NCBI GenBank assembly: GCA_902465155.1
Contig: CABQLY010000011.1
Coordinates: 1,483-65,482, forward strand
Origin: an uncultured Oscillospiraceae bacterium
Lineage (GTDB): Bacteria; Bacillota; Clostridia; Oscillospirales; Acutalibacteraceae
Direction of reading: 5' to 3'
Length of the DNA stretch: 64,000 nt
In this document: in pieces, positions 54,901 to 63,635 of the stretch
Numbering within the stretch: position 1 is the stretch's first letter
Layout of the letters: each line of letters begins with the position of its first letter
Made by a program: the position numbers and the translations under genes
Notes under the pieces: generated by a model
Databases searched by the model: none
What the model was told of the DNA's origin: nothing
Seen by the model: only the letters and a program-made list of their open reading frames with translations

Positions 54901-55537
54901 GGCGCTTGGCAGTGTAAATGTTGCCGCAATAGAGGAATATAAAGAGGTTGGCGAGCGCTACGAATTTATGCTTGCCCAAATGCAGGATGTTGAAAAGACC
55001 CGGAAAGAGCTTGGCACCCTAATTGGCGATTTAACCGAGCAAATGAAAACGCAGTTCTTACAGGGCTTTAAGCAAATTGGCGAAAATTTTTCGCATATAT
55101 TTGTAGATATGTTCGGCGGGGGCAGCGCGCACTTAAAGCTAACCGACGAAACCGACCCGCTGCAAAGCGGCATAGAAATTGTTGCCAAGCTGCCGGGCAA
55201 AAATGTGCCGAGCTTAGAGGGGCTTTCGGGCGGCGAAAAGGCGTTGATCGCCATTTCAATTTACTTTGCCATTATGCAGGTAAACGCGCCGCCGTTTTGC
55301 TTTTTAGACGAGGTTGAAACCGCGCTGGACGACATTAATGTAGAACGCTTTGCGAATTACATGAAAAGCTCTAAGTTAGAAACCCAGTTTATTTGCATTA
55401 CCCACCGCCGCGGCACCATGGAGGCGGCCGATATGCTTTACGGCGTAACCATGCAGGAAAAGGGCGTTACCCGGTTAATAGAGCTGAATGTAAAGCAGTT
55501 AGAGTTAGATTTAAAGGGCTTAGAAAAGCAGGGGTGA
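51956..55537 (+). CDS. smc: Chromosome partition protein Smc
   Basis: 1193 aa. GTG start 8 nt after AAGGAG. Walker A GPNGSGKSN, long coiled coils, a hinge, the signature LSGGEKAL and Walker B FCFLDEVETALD. Confidence 0.95.
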   Translation: MLIKSIDILGFKSFADKTTLKFGHGLTAVVGPNGSGKSNVSDAVRWVLGEQSTKNLRGNSMEDVIFNGTSTRKPHGYCEVTIYFDNHDRSLNYNEDEVSVTRRYYRSHESEYRINGNTVRLRDINELFMDTGLGRDGYSMIGQGKVDAIVSSKSNERRDIFEEASGISRYRYRKIDAERRLHAADENLLRLNDIMQELKSRVGPLKEQSAKAERFLALAAVKKDLEIGLWLKTLAESKEAFRNQESKIAIATGQYAEIERQLADYDQTTLQNSAEFAKATADIDRTRDEIAALEEELVRTDGQIEVIKTNIAHHHQNVERLNNEKAELLQSSGSNAELLTAKNAAIAALEQKLALLQSKTEKLSAELTGLISGSESVSRKMEELALQLNVVSDAASKLKVQSVTAETSAAELQSRSQSLQKTLGQKQQEKQRLSAEMAELEKDRTRCEEQLNSEQNTLTGYELRLNSRKNAADAEKQELDRLTLDIGEQQRRAKILEDLQHSMEGYQYSVKACMAQAEKGLLHGVYGPVSTLIRVPGEYTVAVEVALGAAAQNIVVQSEADAKQAIRFLKTNNKGRATFLPVGTIRARVLEEKINTEQYGFVGIASELIDYDEKFSPIMQWLLGRTVIAEDLDSAAVIAKKYGYRFKVVTLDGQVLNPGGSLTGGSLGKNSGLLSRQNEIERLKKSAERLAQTLKQKQTLFEQTKQALAACEADVLAARAAVTTASEDKIRVLGEIRRVSQLLAAAQVELAALEKEQQTAGERLLAYQNTQSNCDAELKKLAEQEGQLKAEMEQVSNGRDETAAKREALTEQLTALRLEQAGLQKDIALERSAVAGLEQSAQSRGEKAAQIESEAAALAQTVAGLEQATQAAEAQKQKINAEILQKRQQSEQLLQQRTEIEAASTRLRQQEKDKTLQREKINGELERLRAKKDAMQEEFDGIIKRLYDEYELTRTEAENMNIVIENAFEAKKQLAETKSKIKALGSVNVAAIEEYKEVGERYEFMLAQMQDVEKTRKELGTLIGDLTEQMKTQFLQGFKQIGENFSHIFVDMFGGGSAHLKLTDETDPLQSGIEIVAKLPGKNVPSLEGLSGGEKALIAISIYFAIMQVNAPPFCFLDEVETALDDINVERFANYMKSSKLETQFICITHRRGTMEAADMLYGVTMQEKGVTRLIELNVKQLELDLKGLEKQG

Positions 55538-55542
55538 ACAAA

Positions 55543-56472
55543 ATGGGCTTTTTTGCAAAAATTAAAAACGGACTAAAAAAAACCAGCAGCTCCTTTGTTG
55601 GGGCGGTTACCGGGGTGCTCAGCGGCTTTCACAAAATAGATGAGGAGCTGTTTGAGCAGCTGGAGGAAACCTTAATTCTGTGCGATATTGGGGTAAACAC
55701 CTCGGTTAAAATTTGTGACCGGCTGCGGGCGCGTGTAAAAGAAAAAAAGCTGACCGAGCCGCAGCAAATTAAAACCGAGCTAAAAGAGATTATTGGCGAA
55801 ATGCTGCAGGGCAACAACACGGTAGATCTTAGCGTTTCGCCAACCTTAATTATGGTTATTGGCGTAAACGGGGTTGGCAAAACAACCAGCATTGGCAAGC
55901 TGGCCGCAAAGTACAAGGCTTTGGGCAAAAGCGTGGTGCTGGGCGCGGCCGATACCTTTCGCGCCGCAGCGATTGACCAGCTGCAAATTTGGGCCGACCG
56001 CGCCGGGGTGCACATGGTAAAAAGCGTAGAGGGTACCGACCCGGCCTCGGTAGTGTTTGATACCATTGCCTCGGCCAAGGCCAAAAAGGCCGATGTAATT
56101 ATTTGCGACACCGCCGGCCGGCTGCACAACAAAAAGAATTTAATGGATGAATTAGCTAAAATGAACCGGGTGATTGAGCGGGAGCTGCCCGAAGGGCAAA
56201 AGGAATCGCTGCTGGTGTTAGACGCCTCTACCGGGCAAAACGCCGTAAACCAAGCGCGGGAATTTGCCAAATGCACCCCCATTACCGGCATTATTTTAAC
56301 CAAGTTAGACGGCACCGCCCACGGCGGCGTTGTGCTGAGTATTATGGATGAGCTGCAAATTCCGGTAAAATACATTGGCGTAGGCGAGCAAATTGACGAT
56401 TTGCAGGACTTTGACGCCGCCGCCTTTGCCGCCGGATTGTTTGGCGAAACGGAAACGGAGGGCGAAGAATGA
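55543..56472 (+). CDS. ftsY: Signal recognition particle receptor FtsY
   Basis: Start MGFFAKIKNGL at 55543; the track start at 55393 overlaps smc. GVNGVGKTTSIGKLA, DTAGRLHNK, TKLDGTAHGG. Confidence 0.95.
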   Translation: MGFFAKIKNGLKKTSSSFVGAVTGVLSGFHKIDEELFEQLEETLILCDIGVNTSVKICDRLRARVKEKKLTEPQQIKTELKEIIGEMLQGNNTVDLSVSPTLIMVIGVNGVGKTTSIGKLAAKYKALGKSVVLGAADTFRAAAIDQLQIWADRAGVHMVKSVEGTDPASVVFDTIASAKAKKADVIICDTAGRLHNKKNLMDELAKMNRVIERELPEGQKESLLVLDASTGQNAVNQAREFAKCTPITGIILTKLDGTAHGGVVLSIMDELQIPVKYIGVGEQIDDLQDFDAAAFAAGLFGETETEGEE

Positions 56473-57056
56473 AGTTTGTAGTAGCAACCAAAAACCAAAA
56501 AAAGCTGGCCGAGCTGCAGCGCATTTTAACGCCGCTTGGGGCAACCGTTTTAAGCGAAAAAGATCTTGCTGCCCCGCTGCAGGAGGTTGTGGAGGACGCC
56601 GACAGCTTTCACGGCAACGCCCTTTTAAAGGCCCGTGCGGCCGTAAAGCAAACCGGCTGCGCCGCCATTGCCGATGATTCCGGCCTGTGTGTGGATTATT
56701 TAAACGGCGCCCCCGGCATTTTTTCGGCCCGCTACGCCGGTGCCGGCCATAACGACGAGGCGAACAACCAAAAGCTTTTAAAGGCGTTAAACGGCGTGCC
56801 GCTGGAAAAACGCACCGCGCATTACACCTGTGCCATTGCGGTTGTTTTTGCAAACGGGCAGGAGTTTACCGTTGAAGGGCGCTGCGAGGGGTACATTGCC
56901 TTGGCACCGCAGGGCAACGGCGGCTTTGGGTACGACCCGCTGTTTTGCAGCCCGGCCGGCTGCTTTGGGCAATTAACGCCCGAGCAAAAGGACGACGTAA
57001 GCCACCGCGGCAAAGCGCTGCGGCTAATGGCGGCGGAGCTGAAAAAATATTTGTAA
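56469..57056 (+). CDS. rdgB: Non-canonical purine NTP pyrophosphatase RdgB/Ham1
   Basis: 195 aa. ATKNQKKLAEL..., ADDSGLCVDYLNGAPGIFSARY, GFGYDPLF, SHRGKAL. Confidence 0.9.
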   Translation: MKFVVATKNQKKLAELQRILTPLGATVLSEKDLAAPLQEVVEDADSFHGNALLKARAAVKQTGCAAIADDSGLCVDYLNGAPGIFSARYAGAGHNDEANNQKLLKALNGVPLEKRTAHYTCAIAVVFANGQEFTVEGRCEGYIALAPQGNGGFGYDPLFCSPAGCFGQLTPEQKDDVSHRGKALRLMAAELKKYL

Positions 57057-57222
57057 AATGCGTTTGCGGCAATAGGCTAATGCGGGCTTATTATTCGCAG
57101 CGCGCCGTAAAAATACGGTTACGGTAAAGTAATTGCAGGGTAAAAACCTGTACGGTAAAAATTTGCAACCGTAAAAACATTTGCAGCCGGCTGCTTTTAA
57201 CAGCAGCGGAAAGGAACTTATT

Positions 57223-57513
57223 ATGAACAGCAGACAACGCGCGCAGCTGCGCGGCATGGCCAACAGCTTAAATCCGCTTTTTCAGGTTGGCAAGGGCGGC
57301 TTAAACGCCCAATTTGTAAAGCAGGCCGACGACGCTTTGGAAAAACGGGAACTTATTAAATTAGGCGTGCTGGAAACAGCGCCCGACTCCCCCCGCGAGG
57401 TTGCCGAAGCGGTTGCCGAGGCCGTAGGGGCCGAGGTCGTTCAGGTAATTGGCCGCAAATTTGTGCTTTACCGCGAAAGCAAAGAGCACAAAACCATTCA
57501 GCTTGTAAAGTAA
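57223..57513 (+). CDS. yhbY: YhbY-like CRM-domain RNA-binding protein
   Basis: Start MNSRQRAQLRGMAN at 57223 after GAAAGGA. GKGGLNAQFVKQADDALEKRELIKLGVL...VIGRKFVLYR. Confidence 0.8.
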   Translation: MNSRQRAQLRGMANSLNPLFQVGKGGLNAQFVKQADDALEKRELIKLGVLETAPDSPREVAEAVAEAVGAEVVQVIGRKFVLYRESKEHKTIQLVK

Positions 57514-58130
57514 TGGCGCCGCAAAAGGGGCAAACGGCCCTGTTTGGCGGCACCTTTAACCCGGTACACAACGGGCACATGGCTATTTTGACCGCCTTAA
57601 AGCAGCTGCCCGGCGTTACGAACATTTTGGTTCTGCCAACCAATATTCCCCCGCATAAAGCAGCTGCCGGCGTTAGCTTTGAACACCGGTTTAAAATGTG
57701 CCAGCTGGCCTTTGACGGGCAAAAGCAGGTAACGGTAAGCAATTTAGAGCAGCGCCTTGGCGGCAAAAATTACACTTTGTGCACCCTGCAGGCGTTGCTG
57801 CAGCAGGGGGTAGAGCAGCCCTGGCTTGCCATTGGGGGCGACAGCCTGCGGGATTTTGAGCAGTGGTTTTGTTACCGCGAAATTTTAAAGCTTTGCCGGT
57901 TGGCCGTTTGCCCGCGCGCCGGGGTAGGGCCGGCCGTGTTTGAGCGGCAGCTTGGCCGGTTGCGCGGCCTTGGGGCAACCGTAGCGGTGCTGCCGGTGCA
58001 GCCGCCGCAAATTTCTTCTACCAAAATTAGGGCTTTGGCTGTGGCCAAAAAGCCGCTGGAGGGCTTGGTGCCGCCGGCGGTAGAGGCGTACATTAAATTA
58101 AACGGACTTTATCAAAATCCGGCCGAATAA
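57513..58130 (+). CDS. nadD: Nicotinate-nucleotide adenylyltransferase
   Basis: 205 aa. FGGTFNPVHNGH, ISSTKIR. Confidence 0.9.
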   Translation: MAPQKGQTALFGGTFNPVHNGHMAILTALKQLPGVTNILVLPTNIPPHKAAAGVSFEHRFKMCQLAFDGQKQVTVSNLEQRLGGKNYTLCTLQALLQQGVEQPWLAIGGDSLRDFEQWFCYREILKLCRLAVCPRAGVGPAVFERQLGRLRGLGATVAVLPVQPPQISSTKIRALAVAKKPLEGLVPPAVEAYIKLNGLYQNPAE

Positions 58131-58143
58131 AGGAGCGTTAAAA

Positions 58144-58764
58144 ATGCCAAGTGAGCAGGAATATTTAAAAACCTTTCAGGCTAAATACCGGCAATACCGG
58201 CAAATGTTGCAGGCCCGGTTAACCGAAAAAAGGTATTACCACTCCCTTTGCGTTGCCGCCGAGGCGCTGCGTCTTGCCCTAAAGTACGGCGCCAACCCGG
58301 AGCAGGCCTATTTGGCCGGCCTGCTGCACGACACCACAAAGGATAATTCTTTAGATGAGCAGTTGCAATTTTTTAAACAATTTGGTATAATAACCAGTAA
58401 GCTTGAAAAAAACGCGCCTAAGCTGTGGCACGCCATGACCGGTGCCGCGTATGTGCAGCAGGTTTTAGGGGTAAAAGATTCGGCTGTTGTTTCGGCCATT
58501 CGTTACCACACCACGGCGCGCGCCGGAATGACTTTATTAGAAAAAATTATTTATCTTGCAGATTTTACCTCGAAAGACCGCGACTACCCCGGCGTTGCGC
58601 AAATGCGCGCGGCGGTAGATGTGAGCCTGCAAACCGCAATGTACGAGGCGCTGGATTTTTCGGTAAAAGATCTGCAGGCAAGCGGGCGGGCGGTTCACCC
58701 CGATACTTTAGCGGCTTACCAAGAGTATTGCAGCCCCGAAACGCCGGATGACCAAAAGAAATGA
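58144..58764 (+). CDS. yqeK: HD-domain Ap4A hydrolase YqeK
   Basis: 206 aa. RYYHSLCVAAEA...AGLLHDTTK...IRYHTTARAGMTLLEKIIYLAD. Conserved nadD-yqeK pairing. Confidence 0.85.
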   Translation: MPSEQEYLKTFQAKYRQYRQMLQARLTEKRYYHSLCVAAEALRLALKYGANPEQAYLAGLLHDTTKDNSLDEQLQFFKQFGIITSKLEKNAPKLWHAMTGAAYVQQVLGVKDSAVVSAIRYHTTARAGMTLLEKIIYLADFTSKDRDYPGVAQMRAAVDVSLQTAMYEALDFSVKDLQASGRAVHPDTLAAYQEYCSPETPDDQKK

Positions 58765-58773
58765 GGTAAAAAA

Positions 58774-59916
58774 ATGGCTCGAAACGAACAGGAAAGCTTT
58801 GACCTTTATTCCGTTTCCACCCGTGGGGGGAACAGCAAAAAACGCAAAATTAAAAAAACGGTTAACATTGTAGCTTCTATTGTTTTAACCTTTTCTATTC
58901 TTTTAACCCTGCTTATGGGCGGGTACCTTTCCCTTTCCGGCTGGCGGCCCGGCGGGCTTAGCACGGGGTCGGAGGAAACCGGCAGCTTTGAGCAAATGAC
59001 GGTAAGCTCCAACAGTGGCGTAAGCTACATTTTGGTGCTGGGGGTAGACCCGCAGGAAACCCTGACCGACATTATTGCCGTTGCCTGCATGGATCACGAA
59101 AAAAACACGGTAAACTTTTTGCAGATCCCGCGGGATACCTTTGCCGGTGCCGATGTGCCTACCGGCAAAATTAACGCGGTTTACGGCAACCCCCGTAAGG
59201 GCGAGGCGCGCATTAACGCGCTGCGCCGCCGAATTTCCTCGCTGTTTGGCATTCCGCTGGACCATTATGTTTTATTTACCATTAAGGGCTTTATTAATGT
59301 AATTGACGCGTTAGGCGGCCTAACCATTAACATTGAGCAGGAAAACGGCATTGATATTATGAACCCCGAAACCTTGGTGCATGAGCGTATTGGCCCCGGC
59401 TGGGTTACCTTAGACGGCCACCAGGCCACCGGCTTTGTGCGCAAGCGTACCGGCATTAAGGACGGCTACATTAAAGGCGATATTCAGCGTATTGAGGCGC
59501 AGCGGCTGGTTTATGTTGCGCTGGCTAAAAAGCTTAAAAGTATGTCGGTTTCGCAAATGTTCAGCGTGGCCAGCAAGTGCTACAAGCATGTTTCTACCGA
59601 TATGACCTTAAACACCATTTTGGGCTACGCCACCGAGGTGCGCGCCATTAACATGGAGCAAATGGGCATTTACGCTGTTCCGGGGCAATTTGCAACCCGC
59701 AACAAGCTTTCTATGTGGTCGCCCCACAAGGCCGAGTATGTAACCCTGTTTAACACCTACTTTAACCCCTATAACGCCCCCATTACGGCCGAGGATATTC
59801 AGCTGACCGAAATTCACACCAAGTACGAGGCCAGTAATGTAGAGCAGGGCGGCAGTTTGGCGCAGGTGGAGCAAAACAAAAACCAGACCACCGGCGGCAG
59901 CAACAGTAATAACTAA
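58774..59916 (+). CDS. LytR-CpsA-Psr (LCP) family cell-wall glycopolymer transferase
   Basis: 380 aa. N-terminal TM segment, YILVLGVD...TDIIAVACMD...LQIPRDT...VRKR. Confidence 0.85.
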   Translation: MARNEQESFDLYSVSTRGGNSKKRKIKKTVNIVASIVLTFSILLTLLMGGYLSLSGWRPGGLSTGSEETGSFEQMTVSSNSGVSYILVLGVDPQETLTDIIAVACMDHEKNTVNFLQIPRDTFAGADVPTGKINAVYGNPRKGEARINALRRRISSLFGIPLDHYVLFTIKGFINVIDALGGLTINIEQENGIDIMNPETLVHERIGPGWVTLDGHQATGFVRKRTGIKDGYIKGDIQRIEAQRLVYVALAKKLKSMSVSQMFSVASKCYKHVSTDMTLNTILGYATEVRAINMEQMGIYAVPGQFATRNKLSMWSPHKAEYVTLFNTYFNPYNAPITAEDIQLTEIHTKYEASNVEQGGSLAQVEQNKNQTTGGSNSNN

Positions 59917-59934
59917 TGTAACGGAGAATTTATT

Positions 59935-60282
59935 TTGAACCCAATTGATATTTTAAAAACGGCCGCCCGCGCGCTGGACGAGAAAAAAGCGCAGGAGCTT
60001 ACGGTAATTCGGGTAGAAAATTTAACGGTTTTGGCCGATTATTTTGTGCTGGCAACGGCCACCTCGGCCCCGCATGTGCGCGCTCTGGCCGATATTACCG
60101 AGGAAAAGCTAAAGCAGGCCGGCGTGCAGCCCCACCACATTGAGGGGCGGGCCACCGGTTGGATCCTTTTAGATTACGGCAGCGTAGTGATTCACATTAT
60201 GAGCGCCAAAAATCGCGAGTTTTACAATTTAGAGCATACCTGGAGCGACGGGGAACAAATTGACCCGCAAACCCTGCTGTAA
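59935..60282 (+). CDS. rsfS: Ribosome silencing factor RsfS
   Basis: 115 aa, TTG start after GGAGAA. ADYFVLATATSAPHVRALAD...WILLDYGSVVIHIM...REFYNLE. Confidence 0.9.
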   Translation: MNPIDILKTAARALDEKKAQELTVIRVENLTVLADYFVLATATSAPHVRALADITEEKLKQAGVQPHHIEGRATGWILLDYGSVVIHIMSAKNREFYNLEHTWSDGEQIDPQTLL

Positions 60283-60312
60283 GCGTTGCTTTGAAAAATT
60301 AGGTGAGAGTTT

Positions 60313-62718
60313 ATGAAGTACGATTATTCCGCAATTGAACAAAAATGGCAGCAAATTTGGGAAAAGGACAACACCTTTGCCGCCAAAAACGATTACACCC
60401 TGCCAAAGTATTACGCCTTGGTAGAGTTTCCGTACCCTTCGGGTCAGGGCCTGCATGTAGGGCACCCGCGCAGCTACACCGCGCTGGATATTGTTGCCCG
60501 TAAAAAGCGCCTTTGCGGGTATAATGTACTGTACCCAATGGGGTTTGACGCCTTTGGCCTGCCAACCGAAAATTACGCCATTAAAAATCACATTCACCCC
60601 GAAATTGTAACCAAAAACAACATTGCCAACTTTAAACGGCAGTTAAAATCGCTGGGCTTTTCGTTTGATTGGACGCGCGAGATCAGCACCACTGACCCCT
60701 CCTATTATAAATGGACGCAGTGGATTTTTATTCAGCTGTTTAAAAAGGGCCTGGCTTATAAAAAAGAAATGGCCGTAAACTGGTGCACCTCCTGCAAATG
60801 CGTTTTAGCAAACGAGGAGGCCGCCGGCGGCGTTTGCGAGCGCTGCGGCAGCGAGGTGGTACGCAAGGTTAAAAGCCAGTGGATGTTAAAAATTACGGAT
60901 TACGCCGAAAAGCTGCTGGACGGTTTGAACGAGGTTGATTTTATTGACCGGGTAAAAACGCAGCAGCGCAACTGGATTGGCCGTTCTACCGGTGCCGAAA
61001 TTAATTTTAAAACCACCAAGGGCGAGGTTTTAACGGTTTATTCCACCCGGCCGGATACCTTATTCGGCGCCACCTACATGGTAATTGCGCCGGAGCACCC
61101 GTTTATTGAAAAATGGAAAAACGACCTGCAGAATTACAGTGAAATTGCCGCCTACCGCGAGGCCGCTGCCCGTAAGTCCGATTTTGAGCGCACCGAAGTG
61201 GTAAAGGAAAAAACCGGCGTAGAGCTAAAGGGCGTTCGGGCTATAAACCCGGTAAACGGCAAAGAAATTCCCATTTTTGTTTCCGACTATGTTTTAATCT
61301 CCTACGGTACCGGCGCCATTATGGCCGTACCGGCGCACGACGACCGCGACTTTGACTTTGCCAAAAAGTTTAACCTGCCTATTGTAGAGGTGGTAAGCGG
61401 CGGCAATGTAGCGCAGCAGGCCTTTACCGATTGCGCCACCGGCACCATGGTAAATTCCGGCTTTTTAACCGGCCTTACCGTAGACCAGGCTAAGGAGAAA
61501 ATTACCGCCTGGTTAACCGAAAATCAAGTAGGCCACCAAAAGGTAAACTACAAGCTGCGCGATTGGGTATTCTCCCGCCAGCGTTATTGGGGCGAGCCCA
61601 TTCCGATGGTGCATTGCGAAAAATGCGGCTATGTTCCGCTGCCCGAAAGCGAGCTTCCGCTGCTGCTGCCGGAGGTAGACTCTTACGAGCCAACCGAAAA
61701 CGGCGAGTCGCCGTTAGCTAACATGAAAGCTTGGCTTACTACCACCTGCCCCAAGTGCGGCGGTGCCGCCCGGCGCGAAACCGATACCATGCCCCAGTGG
61801 GCCGGTTCCTCCTGGTACTTTTTGCGCTATTGCGACCCGCACAATAGCAACGCCTTAGCCAGTAAAGAGGCGCTGGAATATTGGATGCCGGTAGATTGGT
61901 ACAACGGCGGCATGGAGCACACCACGCTGCACCTGCTTTACAGCCGTTTTTGGCACCGCTTTTTGTACGATATTGGCGTAGTGCCCTGTAAAGAGCCTTA
62001 CCAAAAGCGCACCAGCCACGGCATGATCTTGGGCGAGAACGGCGAAAAAATGTCAAAATCCCGCGGGAATGTGGTAAACCCGGATGAAATTGTGCGGGAT
62101 TACGGCGCCGATACTATGCGCATTTACGAAATGTTTATTGGCGATTTTGAAAAAGCGGCTCCGTGGAGCTCTACCTCTATTAAAGGCAGCAAACGCTTTT
62201 TAGATCGGGTTTGGGGTCTTGCCGACCTGCTTTGCGAGGGGAACGGCTATTCCAAAGAGTTAGAAACCGCTTTTCATCGCACCATTAAAAAGGTAACCGA
62301 GGATATTGAAGCCCTTAAAATGAACACGGCCATTGCGGCGTTAATGTCTTTAATTAACGAAATTTACAGCAAGGGCAGCCTAACCAAGGGCGAATTTAAA
62401 ACCTTTATTTTGCTGCTGAACCCCTTTGCCCCGCACATTACCGAGGAGCTTTGGGTTAACGCCGGCTTTGCCGGGCAGCTAAACGCTGCCGCCTGGCCCG
62501 CTTACAGCGAGGAAAAATGCAGCAGCAGCAGCATTGAATTGGTGGTGCAGGTTTGCGGTAAGCTGCGCGCCAAGGTAGTGGTAGACGCTGCAATTTCTAA
62601 AGAGCAGGCCTTAGCCGCCGTTAAGGCCGACGCCAAGGTGGCGGCCGCCATTGCCGGCAAGCAAATTGTTAAGGAAATTTATGTTCCCGGCAAGCTGGTT
62701 AACATTGTTGCAAAATAA
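60313..62718 (+). CDS. leuS: Leucine--tRNA ligase
   Basis: 801 aa. HVGH (HIGH) motif in [21 protein letters not shown] motif present, CP1 editing domain. Confidence 0.97.
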   Translation: MKYDYSAIEQKWQQIWEKDNTFAAKNDYTLPKYYALVEFPYPSGQGLHVGHPRSYTALDIVARKKRLCGYNVLYPMGFDAFGLPTENYAIKNHIHPEIVTKNNIANFKRQLKSLGFSFDWTREISTTDPSYYKWTQWIFIQLFKKGLAYKKEMAVNWCTSCKCVLANEEAAGGVCERCGSEVVRKVKSQWMLKITDYAEKLLDGLNEVDFIDRVKTQQRNWIGRSTGAEINFKTTKGEVLTVYSTRPDTLFGATYMVIAPEHPFIEKWKNDLQNYSEIAAYREAAARKSDFERTEVVKEKTGVELKGVRAINPVNGKEIPIFVSDYVLISYGTGAIMAVPAHDDRDFDFAKKFNLPIVEVVSGGNVAQQAFTDCATGTMVNSGFLTGLTVDQAKEKITAWLTENQVGHQKVNYKLRDWVFSRQRYWGEPIPMVHCEKCGYVPLPESELPLLLPEVDSYEPTENGESPLANMKAWLTTTCPKCGGAARRETDTMPQWAGSSWYFLRYCDPHNSNALASKEALEYWMPVDWYNGGMEHTTLHLLYSRFWHRFLYDIGVVPCKEPYQKRTSHGMILGENGEKMSKSRGNVVNPDEIVRDYGADTMRIYEMFIGDFEKAAPWSSTSIKGSKRFLDRVWGLADLLCEGNGYSKELETAFHRTIKKVTEDIEALKMNTAIAALMSLINEIYSKGSLTKGEFKTFILLLNPFAPHITEELWVNAGFAGQLNAAAWPAYSEEKCSSSSIELVVQVCGKLRAKVVVDAAISKEQALAAVKADAKVAAAIAGKQIVKEIYVPGKLVNIVAK

Positions 62719-62721
62719 TGC

Positions 62722-62751
62722 TTGACAACGCCGCTTGGTATGTTGTATAAT
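62722..62751 (+). promoter_or_regulatory. Sigma-A promoter of rpsU
   Basis: TTGACA (62722-62727), 18-nt spacer, TATAAT (62746-62751). Confidence 0.6.
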
Positions 62752-62843
62752 AAATATCTAAGCAGGTTTGTAAGCAGGTTTGTTTGCGCTTTGCTTAACT
62801 AAAGGTATAAACCCCTGCATTCTGTGCGGAGGGAGGGACATAA

Positions 62844-63020
62844 ATGAGTCAGGTAAAAATTAAAGAGAATGAATCTCTTGACAACGCACTTCGCCGTTTT
62901 AAGAGACAGACCGCTAAAGACGGCGTAATTCAAGAAGTTCGCAAGAGAGAGCATTACGAAAAGCCCTCTGTACGGCGCAAGAAAAAATCCGAGGCCGCCC
63001 GCAAGCGCAAGTTCCGCTAA
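62844..63020 (+). CDS. rpsU: 30S ribosomal protein S21
   Basis: Not in the ORF track (58 aa). GGAGGGA lies 7 nt before ATG 62844. [58 protein letters not shown]. The listed antisense ORF 62799..63173 is spurious. Confidence 0.9.
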   Translation: MSQVKIKENESLDNALRRFKRQTAKDGVIQEVRKREHYEKPSVRRKKKSEAARKRKFR

Positions 63021-63080
63021 GGGTTTGGCAAAGGTGCTGTTTAGGCTTTGCCTTTGGCACAAAAATCGGCAACAGTTAAA

Positions 63081-63110
63081 ACGGCTTAGCAATAAGCCGT
63101 TTTTCTTTTT
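63081..63110 (+). terminator. Intrinsic terminator after rpsU
   Basis: ACGGCTTA-GCAA-TAAGCCGT followed by TTTTCTTTTT. Confidence 0.75.
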
Positions 63111-63122
63111 AAGGTGATCTTT

Positions 63123-63617
63123 ATGTTCCGGCCCAATTATTATTTTAATACGGTTACAAAAATCAGCCCGCATTTTTTGCGGCAGCAGGGCATAACTACT
63201 TTAATTTTAGATGTTGATAATACCCTAACGGTAGACCACGCCGCAAAGCTTATTCCCGGCGTGGCCGACTGGCTGGTGCTGCTGCAGCAAAGCGGCATTG
63301 CGTTAATCATTCTTTCCAACGCGGTGCCAAAGCGCATGGCGGCCTTTGCCGGGGCGGTTGGGCTGCCCTTTGTTGGGCTGGGCTTAAAGCCGCTGCCGTT
63401 TGGCTATTTTAGGGCAATGCGCCGAGTGGGCGGCAGCAAAAAGCACACCGCCATTGTGGGCGACCAATTATTTACCGATATTTTGGGCGGCAAGCTTTCT
63501 GGCTGTAAAACCGTGCTGGTGGCGCCCCAAAAGCTTGAAACCTCTTGCAGGTTTAAAATAAAACGCGCGTTAGAGCGCAAATTGCTGCGGCGCTACAAGC
63601 TGCCGTGCGAATTTTAA
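63123..63617 (+). CDS. yqeG: YqeG-family HAD-IIIA phosphatase
   Basis: The ATG at 63123 is preferred; the GTG at 63114 lies inside the SD AAGGTG. LILDVDNTL (DxD nucleophile motif)...ILSNA...VGDQLFTDILGG. Confidence 0.8.
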   Translation: MFRPNYYFNTVTKISPHFLRQQGITTLILDVDNTLTVDHAAKLIPGVADWLVLLQQSGIALIILSNAVPKRMAAFAGAVGLPFVGLGLKPLPFGYFRAMRRVGGSKKHTAIVGDQLFTDILGGKLSGCKTVLVAPQKLETSCRFKIKRALERKLLRRYKLPCEF

Positions 63618-63635
63618 AAAAAGGGGACAGTAAAA

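Noticed and set aside
60283-60312. T-box leader expected upstream of leuS
   Set aside because: Only 30 nt separate rsfS and leuS. leuS is evidently co-transcribed with yhbY-nadD-yqeK-LCP-rsfS, so there is no room for a T-box.
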